Source: Actinomycetota bacterium
Lineage (GTDB): Bacteria; Actinomycetota; Thermoleophilia; Gaiellales; Gaiellaceae
Assembly: GCA_005888365.1 (NCBI GenBank)
Contig: VAWZ01000003.1
Location: forward strand, 1-62,021
Reading direction: 5' to 3'
DNA length: 62,021 nt
The position numbers and the translations under genes are program-made. The notes beneath the pieces are model-generated. The model saw only the letters and a list, made by a program, of their open reading frames with translations, did not search any database and was not told the origin of the DNA. This document shows, piece by piece, positions 18,255 through 27,155 of the stretch (position 1 is its first letter; each line of letters opens with the position of its first letter).

Positions 18255-19258
18255 TGGCTGTCCCCGCGGAGACCGCCAGAATAGAGACGCGTCGCTCGAT
18301 CCTTCCGCGCGTTCAGCGGGCTGTGGCTCCCATCCGGGAGGCTCGAGGAATGCAACGGACGATGCTGTGGGTGGGCGCCGCGATCACGTCGGCCTTCGTT
18401 CTGATGGCCCTTCTGGCGCCGCTCGTCTCGCCGTATCACTTCGACCAGTACCGCTCGGGAGGCACGCGCTTCCCTCAGCTCGCCGCTCCCTCCGCCCAGC
18501 ATCTGATGGGAACTACCGTGACGTCGTACGACGTTTTCTCGCGCGTGATCTGGGGTGCCCAGACGGAGATCAAGGTGGTCCTCATCTCGCTTGTGATGTC
18601 GCTCTCGATCGGCGTCCCACTCGGTCTCATCTCGGGTTATTTCGCCGGGAAGCTCGACCGCGTGCTCGTGCTGATCATGGACGCGATGCTCGCCTTTCCC
18701 TTCCTGCTCCTCGCGATCGTGATCGCGTTCCTCCTCTCCGACAAGGTCGGCCAGGGGATTCTCACGGCAGCCATCGCGATCACCGTTGCGTACATACCGC
18801 TCTACTTCCGCGTCATCCGAAACCACGTGATCAGCATCCGCGAAGAATCGTTCGTGGAGGCTGCGCGTGCGATGGGCGCGCGTCCTTTCACGGTGATCCG
18901 AAAGTACGTCTTCTTCAACGTCATCCAGAACGTCCCTCCGCTCGCGACGCTGAACGCGGCGGACGCCATTCTCCTTCTCACTGCGCTCGGCTTCCTGGGC
19001 TACGGGATCCAGCCCACGCAGGGCGCCGAGTGGGGCTACGACATCAGCCGAGCGGTCTCGGACGCGTCCTCCGGCATCTGGTGGACCGGGCTCTTTCCGG
19101 GGCTAGCAATCGTGCTCCTCGTGACTGGTCTCACGCTGCTCGGGGAAGGGCTCAACGAGACGATCAACCCCGTGCTTCGCCGCAGGGCGAGGACGAACGT
19201 CGAGTTCGGGCCGTCGTCTCCGTCCCCGGTCATCGAGACGGAGACGGAGGGCCCGTGA
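18254..19258 (+). CDS. Peptide ABC transporter permease (DppC/OppC-like)
   Basis: ATG 18254 overlaps the upstream stop (TGATG). ...SPYHFDQ...GTTVTSYDVFSRVIWGAQ...FVEAARAMGARPFTVIRKYVFFNV. Confidence 0.9.
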   Translation: MAVPAETARIETRRSILPRVQRAVAPIREARGMQRTMLWVGAAITSAFVLMALLAPLVSPYHFDQYRSGGTRFPQLAAPSAQHLMGTTVTSYDVFSRVIWGAQTEIKVVLISLVMSLSIGVPLGLISGYFAGKLDRVLVLIMDAMLAFPFLLLAIVIAFLLSDKVGQGILTAAIAITVAYIPLYFRVIRNHVISIREESFVEAARAMGARPFTVIRKYVFFNVIQNVPPLATLNAADAILLLTALGFLGYGIQPTQGAEWGYDISRAVSDASSGIWWTGLFPGLAIVLLVTGLTLLGEGLNETINPVLRRRARTNVEFGPSSPSPVIETETEGP

Positions 19259-20283
19259 CGAACGAGCCGGTCGTCTCCGTCCGCGAGTTGAGGGTCTACT
19301 ACGGCACGAAGCGGGGCCCGGTGCAGGCTGTCGACGGCGTCTCGCTCGACATCGCTGCGGGCGAGGTTGTCGGTCTGGTCGGCGAGTCTGGTTGTGGCAA
19401 GTCCACCCTGGGTCGAGGCATCCTCGGGCTCCTGCCGGAGGGCGCCTCCTCGGATGGAGAGGTGATCTACGGAGGCCGGAACATCGTCGGTATGACCCCC
19501 AAGGAGCTCAGGCGACTTCGAGGGCCCGATCTCGGTCTCATCTTTCAGGAACCGATGACGAGGCTCAACCCGTTGATGCGGATCGAAGAGCACTTCAAGG
19601 AGACGCTCGAGCAGCACGAGCCGAGCCTCGGCGACAAGGAGATACGACGGCGGTCCCTCGAGACGCTCGGCCGAATGGGAATTCCGCCGACGCGCTTCAG
19701 CCAGTACCCGCACGAGTTCTCCGGCGGCATGCGGCAGCGGATCATGATCGCGCTTGCCGTCGTACTGCAACCCAAGCTACTGATCGCAGACGAGCCGACG
19801 ACGTCGCTCGACGTTATCGTCGAGGCGCAGATCCTGAGCATCCTCGCCGATCTGAGAAGGAACTTCGGAACCGCTCTGCTCCTGATCACCCACAACCTCG
19901 GCATCGTGGCGGAGTCGTGCGATCGCGTCGCTGTGATGTACGCCGGAAAGATCGTCGAGGAGGGCCCCGCGCGCGACGTGTTCATCGACCCGGCGCATCC
20001 ATATACGCGCGAGCTCCTGCGCTCGACGATCTCGCTCGAGACGTCGGAGCTCCACTCGATCCCTGGGGCGCCTCCGAGTTTGCTCGACCCGCCGCGTGGC
20101 TGTCGCTTTCACCCGCGGTGTCCGAGCGCGATGTGGGTCTGCGCGACGACAGATCCGATCGAGAAGCGGATCGACGCCGATCGGCGGGTGCAATGCTGGC
20201 TCCACGGCCCAGAGGATCGGATACCGGAGGGTGGAACGGCCGAGCTCGAGCGGGAGGAGATCGCGGTTGCCGAAGAAGCCTGA
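19255..20283 (+). CDS. Peptide ABC transporter ATP-binding protein (DppD/OppD-like)
   Basis: GTG 19255 (GTGA overlap). GESGCGKST, FSGGMRQRIMIA, LLIADEPTTSLD. The C-terminal oligopeptide-type Cys motif GCRFHPRCPSAMWVC...VQCWLH is intact. Confidence 0.9.
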   Translation: MTNEPVVSVRELRVYYGTKRGPVQAVDGVSLDIAAGEVVGLVGESGCGKSTLGRGILGLLPEGASSDGEVIYGGRNIVGMTPKELRRLRGPDLGLIFQEPMTRLNPLMRIEEHFKETLEQHEPSLGDKEIRRRSLETLGRMGIPPTRFSQYPHEFSGGMRQRIMIALAVVLQPKLLIADEPTTSLDVIVEAQILSILADLRRNFGTALLLITHNLGIVAESCDRVAVMYAGKIVEEGPARDVFIDPAHPYTRELLRSTISLETSELHSIPGAPPSLLDPPRGCRFHPRCPSAMWVCATTDPIEKRIDADRRVQCWLHGPEDRIPEGGTAELEREEIAVAEEA

Positions 20284-21607
20284 CCTCGATGTCTCGTTGG
20301 CCGAGCTGGCGGTAAGCGACGGATCGCCCTCGGACGACTCGGTTCTCGTCTCGATCCGAAGACTGAAGACCTACTACCCGATCCGGGGCAGCTTCGGCGC
20401 TCGGATACTCGGGCGGGAGGCGGGCTACGTGAAAGCGGTCGACGACGTCTCGCTCGACCTCCACAAGGGGGAAGTGCTGGGTCTCGTCGGCGAATCTGGG
20501 AGTGGGAAGACCACTCTTGGACGAACGCTCTTGGGCCTCGTTCATGCGACCGAAGGCAGTGTGCTGTTCGAAGGTCGCGACATCGCTCGGATGTCCGAGC
20601 GCGAGCTTCGCCCGTTGCGACGCGACATCCAGATCGTCTTCCAGGACCCTCACGCGTCGCTCAATCCGGCGATGACGATCGAGCAGTCGGTGGGCCACCC
20701 GCTCCAGATCCACAAGGTGGCGAAAGGCACGGAGCTCAAGCTGCGAGTCGCCGAGGCGCTCGAGACCGTAGGACTCTCGCCTCCTCAACAGTTCATGGAG
20801 AAGTACCCCTCAGACCTTTCGGGCGGTCAGAAGCAGCGTGCCGTCATCGCGCGGGCGATCATCCTGAACCCGGTCTTGCTCGTCGCCGACGAGCCTGTGT
20901 CGATGCTCGACATGAGCGTGCGCGCCAAGATCCTCGAACTGATGCTCGAGCTCAAACGAGAGCTCGGTCTCACCTACCTCTACATCACGCACGATCTTGC
21001 GACCGCCAAGTTCTTCTGTGACCGGATCGCCATCCTCTACCTCGGCCGGATCGTCGAGATCGGGCCCTCCGAGGCGATCTACGACGACCCCAAGCACCCG
21101 TATACGCAGGCACTGCTGCGGGCGATTCCGGAGCCCGATCCGAGGCGAACTGCGCCTCGCGATCTGCCGAGAGGCGAGGTGCCGGACGCGGCAAGACCCC
21201 CGCTCGGCTGTTCGTTGGGAGTCCCGGGATCTCCGGGACCTGCTCGAGACGCGGTGGGCCCATATGTCCGAAGGGGAGTACACCGCCGAGCGGGCCCTGT
21301 TCGAGGACCTCGATGTCCTGGATGCGCCGGCGACGACTGCTCGTCTCAAACCGGCGAAGGGCTCTTCCGCTGCTCAGCTACTGAGCTTTTTCGAGGGACT
21401 CGAGCGCGACGATTCCGAAGAGCCGTTCTGGAAAGGCGTGCGGCGGATGAACGCCGACGGCGACCACGTCGATCTTGCCTGGAACGATCCGATCGATCCG
21501 CGGCTTCTCGATGTGGACGACGTGCAGGTGGAGTGCCACCTGTACGACGCGGAAGCGCGCGACGTTGCGGAGAAGGCCCGGACGTAAGAGAGGCCGTCCC
21601 GCTCTAG
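20267..21607 (+). CDS. Peptide ABC transporter ATP-binding protein (DppF/OppF-like); the C-terminus looks frameshifted near 21212-21220
   Basis: GESGSGKTT, LSGGQKQRAVIA, LLVADEPVSMLD, then ...PPLGCS. After this the annotated frame loses GC3 bias. The +1 frame (21216..21587) has good GC3 and ends with the family-typical ...VQVECHLY. The TTG start at 20267 is tentative. Confidence 0.75.
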   Translation: MPKKPDLDVSLAELAVSDGSPSDDSVLVSIRRLKTYYPIRGSFGARILGREAGYVKAVDDVSLDLHKGEVLGLVGESGSGKTTLGRTLLGLVHATEGSVLFEGRDIARMSERELRPLRRDIQIVFQDPHASLNPAMTIEQSVGHPLQIHKVAKGTELKLRVAEALETVGLSPPQQFMEKYPSDLSGGQKQRAVIARAIILNPVLLVADEPVSMLDMSVRAKILELMLELKRELGLTYLYITHDLATAKFFCDRIAILYLGRIVEIGPSEAIYDDPKHPYTQALLRAIPEPDPRRTAPRDLPRGEVPDAARPPLGCSLGVPGSPGPARDAVGPYVRRGVHRRAGPVRGPRCPGCAGDDCSSQTGEGLFRCSATELFRGTRARRFRRAVLERRAADERRRRPRRSCLERSDRSAASRCGRRAGGVPPVRRGSARRCGEGPDVREAVPL

Positions 21608-21641
21608 ACCGGCCCCCTTACGTTGGCTGGTCGACGTCTTA

Positions 21642-21725
21642 CGTCAGGCCGCGAGGCCCGCCAGATCTTCGTCAGGCCGCGAGGCCTGCCAGATCTTCGT
21701 CAGGCCGCGAGGCCCGCCAGATCAC
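21642..21725. repeat. Three tandem copies of a 28-nt unit (CGTCAGGCCGCGAGGCC[C/T]GCCAGATCTT); the last copy is the 3' end of the sigma-factor gene
   Basis: Copies at 21642-21669 and 21670-21697, and from 21698 onward. The reverse complement of the last copy encodes ...DLAGLAA*. Each unit carries a GGCC-GCGA-GGCC short palindrome. Confidence 0.9.
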
Positions 21726-22830
21726 GCAGGGCCTCGAGACGCTTCAGCGCCTGGCCCTCGAGCTGACGAACGCGCTCGCGCGTGAGATCGAGCTCGTGAC
21801 CGATTGCCTCGAGGGTCCACGGCTCGCCTTCGAAGCCGAAGCGAAGCTCGAGGATCCGTCGCTCACGCTCCGGAAGCGCGTCGAGGGCGCGCCGGATGCT
21901 CTGTCGGCGCAGCGACTCCTCGGCCTCGTCGAACGGGTCGGCCGCCTCGCGATCGGCGAAAAGGTCTCCGAGCTCTCCTTCGTCGTCCGCGCCCACCGTC
22001 TGGTTGAGGGAGACGGATGCGTGCGCAGCCCCGAGCGCTTCGTCGACGTGCTGGATCGGCAGCCCCGTCGCCTCGGCGAGCTCCTCCTTCGTCGCCTCCC
22101 GTCCGAGCTCGACCTCGAGCCGGCGCGCGGCTCGGGACAGCTTCTGCTGGCGCTCGACGACGTGTACCGGAACGCGGATCGTCCGCGCGTGATTGGCGAC
22201 GGCGCGCTGCACGGACTGGCGGATCCACCAGGTCGCGTACGTCGAGAACTTGAAGCCGCGGCGCCAGTCGAACTTCTCGACCGCCCGGTTGAGGCCGAGC
22301 GTGCCCTCCTGAATGAGATCGAGGAACGGAACACCCAGGCCTCGGTAACCCTTGGCGATGGAGACGACGAGACGCAGGTTCGACTCGATCATCTTCCGCT
22401 TCGCCACCGGGTCGCCGCGCTCGATCCGCTTCGCGAGCGCGACCTCTTCGGACGCGGTGAGCAACTTGTGGCGACCGACATCCGCGAGGAACAGCTGCAG
22501 GCTGTCGGCGGCGCCGGAGACGGCCTCGGCCTCGTACTGGGCCTTTGCAGCCGACTCCTTCTCGGCCTCGGCGTCCTCACCGGTGGCGCCGATCTCGATC
22601 GAATGCGCTTCGAGCTCCCGCTGGAGGAGCTCGGCCTCCTCCTCACCAAGGTCGTGTTCCACGACGAACGCCTCGAGGTCTGTCGCCTCGAGGTGTCCAC
22701 CGTGCTCTTCGCCGCGCTCGATGAGCGCCTTGACGTGCTCGGACTCAAACAATTCGATGAGCTGGTTCTGCGTCAACTTGGTGTTTCGATCCTTTCCGTT
22801 CTGCCCAGCAACGAACCGGCTGAGCAACAA
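21700..22830 (-). CDS. sigA: RNA polymerase sigma-70 family factor, principal/group 1-2 type
   Basis: Regions 1.2-4.2 are present: LFLADVGRHKLLTASEEVALAKRIE, ESNLRLVVSIAKGYRGLGVPFLDLIQEGTLGLNRAVEKFDWRRGFKFSTYATWWIRQ, and LTRERVRQLEGQALKRL. Confidence 0.9.
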   Translation of the reverse strand: MLLSRFVAGQNGKDRNTKLTQNQLIELFESEHVKALIERGEEHGGHLEATDLEAFVVEHDLGEEEAELLQRELEAHSIEIGATGEDAEAEKESAAKAQYEAEAVSGAADSLQLFLADVGRHKLLTASEEVALAKRIERGDPVAKRKMIESNLRLVVSIAKGYRGLGVPFLDLIQEGTLGLNRAVEKFDWRRGFKFSTYATWWIRQSVQRAVANHARTIRVPVHVVERQQKLSRAARRLEVELGREATKEELAEATGLPIQHVDEALGAAHASVSLNQTVGADDEGELGDLFADREAADPFDEAEESLRRQSIRRALDALPERERRILELRFGFEGEPWTLEAIGHELDLTRERVRQLEGQALKRLEALRDLAGLAA

Positions 22831-22976
22831 ACTTCTCTGAGTCTATGAGGCCATTTGGGTTGTTTCCAGGGTGATTCCTTGTTCGGCGGTGTCACAAGCT
22901 CGAAAACGGTAGCGCCTCTCTCGATTATTCCGTCGCGAAGGCGTCGGCGGTTCACGGCGCAACTCGTCGGAGCCGA

Positions 22977-23024
22977 TCGGGGCAACTGCAATCGGGCTAG
23001 CATGCAGTCGGGCTAGCACTGCAA
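22977..23024. repeat. Three imperfect direct repeats of about 16 nt in the sigA upstream region
   Basis: TCGGGGCAACTGCAA / TCGGGCTAGCATGCAG / TCGGGCTAGCACTGCAA, read on the plus strand, about 150-190 nt upstream of the sigA start. Confidence 0.6.
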
Positions 23025-23101
23025 CCTAAGACGTCTTCGCCTCGGGCGTGTTAGATCATCTCGCATCTGGCGGACGGAGTGAACCCCGCTTAACGCGTTG
23101 T

Positions 23102-25624
23102 TTACGCGGTCTTTGCGCGCTTCTCGGCGAGCAGCTCGGCCGCCCGCTCGGGGGTCACGCCCTCGACGGCGTCTCCTTTGCGCAGGCTCGCGTTCGTGTC
23201 GCCGTCCGTCACGTACGGTCCGAAGCGTCCGTCGCGGAGCACGATCGGGCGGCCGGTGGCTGGGTCGGGCCCGAGCTCGCGTAACGGCCCGGCCGTAGCA
23301 CGACGGCCGCGTCGCCTGGGAGGCTGGGCGAAGAGCTCGAGTGCCTCCTCGAGGGTGATCGAGAAGAGCTGACCCTCGCTCTCGAGCGAGCGGGACTCGG
23401 AACCCTTCTTGACGTACGGCCCGTAGCGGCCGTTCTGGGCCGTGACGTCCGCACCGTCGACCGATCCGATGACTCGCGGAAGCGAGAGAAGCTTCCGAGC
23501 GTCCTCGAGGGAGACGGTCTCGGGGGACATCGAGGAGAAGAGGGAGGCAGTGCGGGGCTTCTCCGACGCGTCGTCCGGAAGGACTTCCGTGACGTACGGG
23601 CCGTAGCGGCCGGAGCGAACGACGAGCTCGCGGCCTGTCTCTGGGTCGTGTCCGAGAGATCGTCCATCCGGTTGCGAGAGCAGTTCCGCGGCTTTCTCCG
23701 CCGTGAGCTCGTCCGGCGCCAGGTCGGTCGGCAGGCTCGCGCGGTCGCCGTTGCGATCGAGGTACGGGCCGTACCTTCCGACTCGGACCACCGCGTCGCT
23801 ACCGGGAATCGAGATCGAGTTGACGGCGCGCGCGTCGATCTCGTCCAGGTTCTCGGTGACGAGGTGATGCAGTCCCGGATCGCCTCCGGATCCGAAGTAG
23901 AAGCGCTGCAGCCAGTCGCCGCGCTGCTCGGAGCCTGCCGCGATGCGATCGAGGTCGTCCTCCATCCGCGCCGTGAAGTCGAAATCGACGAGCTGCTCGA
24001 AGTGGCGCTCGAGCAGATTGACGACGGCAAACGCGAGGAACGTCGGTACGAGCGCCGTTCCCTTCTTGAACACGTAGCCGCGATCGAGGATCGTCGAAAG
24101 GATCGCTGCATAGGTCGACGGCCGGCCGATGCCGCGCTCCTCCAGAGCACGCACGAGTGTCGCCTCCGTGAAACGTGCAGGCGCAGACGTCGTATGACCG
24201 TCCGGCTCGAGCGAAACAGCTTCGAGCTGATCGCCGACGGCCACCGGGGGGAGACGCCGCTCGTCTTCGTCCTCCGACGGCTCGTCGCGACCCTCCTCGT
24301 ACGCGGCGAGGAAGCCCCGGAACGTGATGACGGTCCCGGAGGCGCCGAACTCGACGTCTTCCTCGTCGGTTTTCGCTCCGATCCGCAGACTGAGCGTGCG
24401 ACCGAGCGCATCCTCCATCTGCGACGCGAGCGTCCGCCGCCACACGAGCTCGTAGAGCGCGAGCTCGTCCCGTCCCAGGCTTCCTCTCAGCTCGTCAGGA
24501 GCCTTGAAGCGGTCGCCTGCGGGACGGATCGCCTCGTGCGCCTCTTGCGCGTTCTTTACTTTGCGCTCGTAGCGACGGGCCTTTGCGGGGACGAAGTCAG
24601 GGCCGAAGAGCTCTCGGACCTGAGCCCGGGCGGCCTCGAGGGCCGACTCCGAGAGTGTCGTCGAGTCTGTCCGCATGTACGTGATGTGTCCAGCCTCATA
24701 CAGGCGCTGTGCGGTCCGCATCGTCGTCTGCGCGGAGAAGCGGAGCTTGCGGCTCGCTTCCTGTTGCAGCGTCGAGGTCATGAACGGGGCTGAGGGGCGC
24801 CGCCGGTACGGCTTCTCGTCGGCCGACCGGACCTCGAAGCGGGCGTTCTCGAGCCTGGCCGCGAGCGACCGCGCGGCCGGCTCATCGAACTGGAGCAGGC
24901 TCGCGTCGTGCAGCGTCCCGTCGGGTGCGAAGTCCCGGCCTTGGGCAACGCGGTGACCGTCGACCGAGACGAGGCGGGCTTCGAATGAACCAGGGTCGAA
25001 CGTCGCGACGAGATCCCAGTAGCCGGCGGCGACGAACGCGATCCGCTCGCGTTCGCGCTCGACGACGAGCCGCGTCGCGACAGACTGCACACGGCCTGCG
25101 GAGAGCCCCCGCATCACCTTCTTCCACAGGACCGGGGAGACCTCGTAGCCATAGAGCCGGTCGAGGATTCGCCGCGTTTCCTGTGCGTCGACGAGCCGCT
25201 CGTCGATGTCCCTCGTCTCCGCGAGCGCGCGTTCGATCGCCTCACGCGTGATCTCGTGGAAGACCATCCTCCGAACCGGGACCTTCGGCTTCAGGACCTC
25301 GACGAGATGCCAGGCGATCGCCTCGCCCTCGCGGTCCTCGTCAGTCGCGAGCAGGAGCTCGTCGGCGTCCGTGAGCCTCTTCTTGAGCGCGTTGACGATC
25401 TTCTTCTTGTCCTGGTCGACGACGTAGAAAGGCTCGAACGCATGCTCGACGTCGACACCCAGCGCGCCGAAGCGTTTCCGCTTCGCCTCGGGAACGTCCG
25501 AAGCGCGGTCGGGGAGGTCGCGAACATGGCCGATGCTCGACTCCACGGCGAACTCGCCGCCGAGGTAGCCGGCGATGGTCCGCGCTTTCGCAGGGCTCTC
25601 GACGATGACCAACCTCGTTGCCAT
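23102..25624 (-). CDS. topA: DNA topoisomerase I
   Basis: 840 aa. MATRLVIVESPAKARTIAGYLG (Toprim), ...ITYMRTDST (active-site Tyr region), and repeated C-terminal RYGPY motifs. Confidence 0.95.
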   Translation of the reverse strand: MATRLVIVESPAKARTIAGYLGGEFAVESSIGHVRDLPDRASDVPEAKRKRFGALGVDVEHAFEPFYVVDQDKKKIVNALKKRLTDADELLLATDEDREGEAIAWHLVEVLKPKVPVRRMVFHEITREAIERALAETRDIDERLVDAQETRRILDRLYGYEVSPVLWKKVMRGLSAGRVQSVATRLVVERERERIAFVAAGYWDLVATFDPGSFEARLVSVDGHRVAQGRDFAPDGTLHDASLLQFDEPAARSLAARLENARFEVRSADEKPYRRRPSAPFMTSTLQQEASRKLRFSAQTTMRTAQRLYEAGHITYMRTDSTTLSESALEAARAQVRELFGPDFVPAKARRYERKVKNAQEAHEAIRPAGDRFKAPDELRGSLGRDELALYELVWRRTLASQMEDALGRTLSLRIGAKTDEEDVEFGASGTVITFRGFLAAYEEGRDEPSEDEDERRLPPVAVGDQLEAVSLEPDGHTTSAPARFTEATLVRALEERGIGRPSTYAAILSTILDRGYVFKKGTALVPTFLAFAVVNLLERHFEQLVDFDFTARMEDDLDRIAAGSEQRGDWLQRFYFGSGGDPGLHHLVTENLDEIDARAVNSISIPGSDAVVRVGRYGPYLDRNGDRASLPTDLAPDELTAEKAAELLSQPDGRSLGHDPETGRELVVRSGRYGPYVTEVLPDDASEKPRTASLFSSMSPETVSLEDARKLLSLPRVIGSVDGADVTAQNGRYGPYVKKGSESRSLESEGQLFSITLEEALELFAQPPRRRGRRATAGPLRELGPDPATGRPIVLRDGRFGPYVTDGDTNASLRKGDAVEGVTPERAAELLAEKRAKTA

Positions 25625-25689
25625 CGGCGGGACACCTTAGCGATGAGATCCGCCGCGACCGCCACGCCGAGCGGGCGATACTGCGATGC

Positions 25690-26319
25690 GTGGCACGACC
25701 GCCTCGGCCGAGCTGGCTCTACACCTTGATTGCCGTGCTGAGCTGGCCGGTTCTGAACATCGTCTTCCGACTGCGGGCTCACGGGCGGGAAAACGTCCCG
25801 GCGGAGGGCGGCCTCGTGCTGGCTGCGAACCACTGGTCGAACATCGACCCCTGGCCCCTCGGACTGCCGCTCTTCCCGCGGCGTTTTCTGCGATTCATGG
25901 CGAAGTCGGAGCTCTTTTGGTTCCCACTCGGCACGATCATCACCGCGGGCGGCGCGTTCCCGGTTCGCCGTGGCCTCGCCGACGACGAAGCGATCGCGAA
26001 AGCGGTCGACCTCTGCCGCGTCGGCCACGTCGTCGTCATGTTCCCGGAGGGGACTCGCCGCAGCAAGGGTCTGCGCAAACAGCACGAGGCTCGTTGGCAC
26101 TCGGGCGCAGCGCGCATCGCCCTCGAGGCCGGCGTGCCGCTCGTGCCTGCGGGGATCTCGGGAACCGAGCGGCTCGCGAAACTGGAGCCGATCCGCGTCG
26201 CGTACGGGACAGCTCTCGAGCTCGGAGATCTCGCGGAGACGCCGCTCGCCGAGGCGGCGAGCATCGCGACCGGCCGTTTGCGAGAAGCGATCGAAGGCCT
26301 GGAGCGCTCGCTGGCATGA
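25690..26319 (+). CDS. plsC: 1-acyl-sn-glycerol-3-phosphate acyltransferase family protein
   Basis: LAANHWSNIDPW (HX4D-type block) and MFPEGTRRS. GTG 25690 was chosen so the gene does not overlap the divergent topA start. The track ORF begins at 25618. Confidence 0.8.
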   Translation: MARPPRPSWLYTLIAVLSWPVLNIVFRLRAHGRENVPAEGGLVLAANHWSNIDPWPLGLPLFPRRFLRFMAKSELFWFPLGTIITAGGAFPVRRGLADDEAIAKAVDLCRVGHVVVMFPEGTRRSKGLRKQHEARWHSGAARIALEAGVPLVPAGISGTERLAKLEPIRVAYGTALELGDLAETPLAEAASIATGRLREAIEGLERSLA

Positions 26320-27155
26320 GCCGCCCGCTGCTCGCCGTCGACGGCGACTCCTTCGCGCACCGCGCGTACCACGCGCTTCCGAAGACGGCCTTCAGACGCT
26401 CGGACGGCGGGCCTGGCAACGCGCTCGAGGGATTCACCAACATGCTGCTTCGACTGTGGCAGGGAGAACGGCCGCGGGCCGTTGTGGTCGCGTGGGACAC
26501 GCTCGAAGTACCGACGTATCGGCACACGGCTTTTGACGGCTACCAGGCGGGCCGTGAGTTCGAGGCGGAGCTCCTCGAGCAGCTCGACATGCTTCCGGGG
26601 TTCATCTCGGAGGCACGGATCGTCTGCGTCAAGGCAGCCGGATACGAGGCGGACGACTTCCTCGCCGCGGCGGCCGCGAAGGAGGAGGCAGCCGGCGGGC
26701 ACGCGCTGGTCGCGACCTCGGACCGCGACGCGTTCCAGCTCGCGAGTGAGCGCACGACTGTCCTCCAGCCGGTTCGCGGTTCTGCGCCGGCGCGTATCGG
26801 CCCCGCGGAGGTTCGCGAGCGCTACGGAGTCGAGCCGGAGCAGGTCCCGGACTTCATCGCGCTCCGAGGCGACCCGTCGGACCGGATTCCCGGAGCTCGT
26901 GGTGTCGGAGAGAAGGGCGCCGCGAACCTGCTCGCTCAATACTCGTCGCTCGAGCAGATGCTCGCCGAGGGTCGCTTCGTCGCCGAGGCAGACGCGCTCC
27001 GGCTCTACCGACGCCTCGCCGCGCTCGACCGCTCGGCACCGATTCCGCCGCTTCCAGATATCGACCCGGATTGGGCGGCGCTTGCCAAGCGCGCAAGCTC
27101 GCTCGGGCTCGGCGGGCTCGCCGGGAGGCTCGAGGAGGCCGCGTCATCGAGGTGA
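26316..27155 (+). CDS. Stand-alone 5'-3' exonuclease / flap endonuclease (Pol I N-terminal domain-like)
   Basis: ATG 26316 (ATGA overlap with the plsC stop). LLAVDGDSFAHRAYHALP..., GYEADDFLA, TSDRDAFQL, and DRIPGARGVGEKGAANLL (H3TH). Confidence 0.85.
   Translation: MSRPLLAVDGDSFAHRAYHALPKTAFRRSDGGPGNALEGFTNMLLRLWQGERPRAVVVAWDTLEVPTYRHTAFDGYQAGREFEAELLEQLDMLPGFISEARIVCVKAAGYEADDFLAAAAAKEEAAGGHALVATSDRDAFQLASERTTVLQPVRGSAPARIGPAEVRERYGVEPEQVPDFIALRGDPSDRIPGARGVGEKGAANLLAQYSSLEQMLAEGRFVAEADALRLYRRLAALDRSAPIPPLPDIDPDWAALAKRASSLGLGGLAGRLEEAASSR

Noticed and set aside
21642-21725. A possible mini-CRISPR array (28-nt repeats).
   Set aside because: The repeats are directly abutting with no spacers. 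There are only three copies, no cas genes are present, and one copy is part of the sigA coding sequence.
25618-25689. The upstream start of plsC given by the ORF track.
   Set aside because: It would overlap the divergent topA start codon region. The first 24 residues are Arg/His-rich and non-coding-like. GTG 25690 precedes the first hydrophobic helix.
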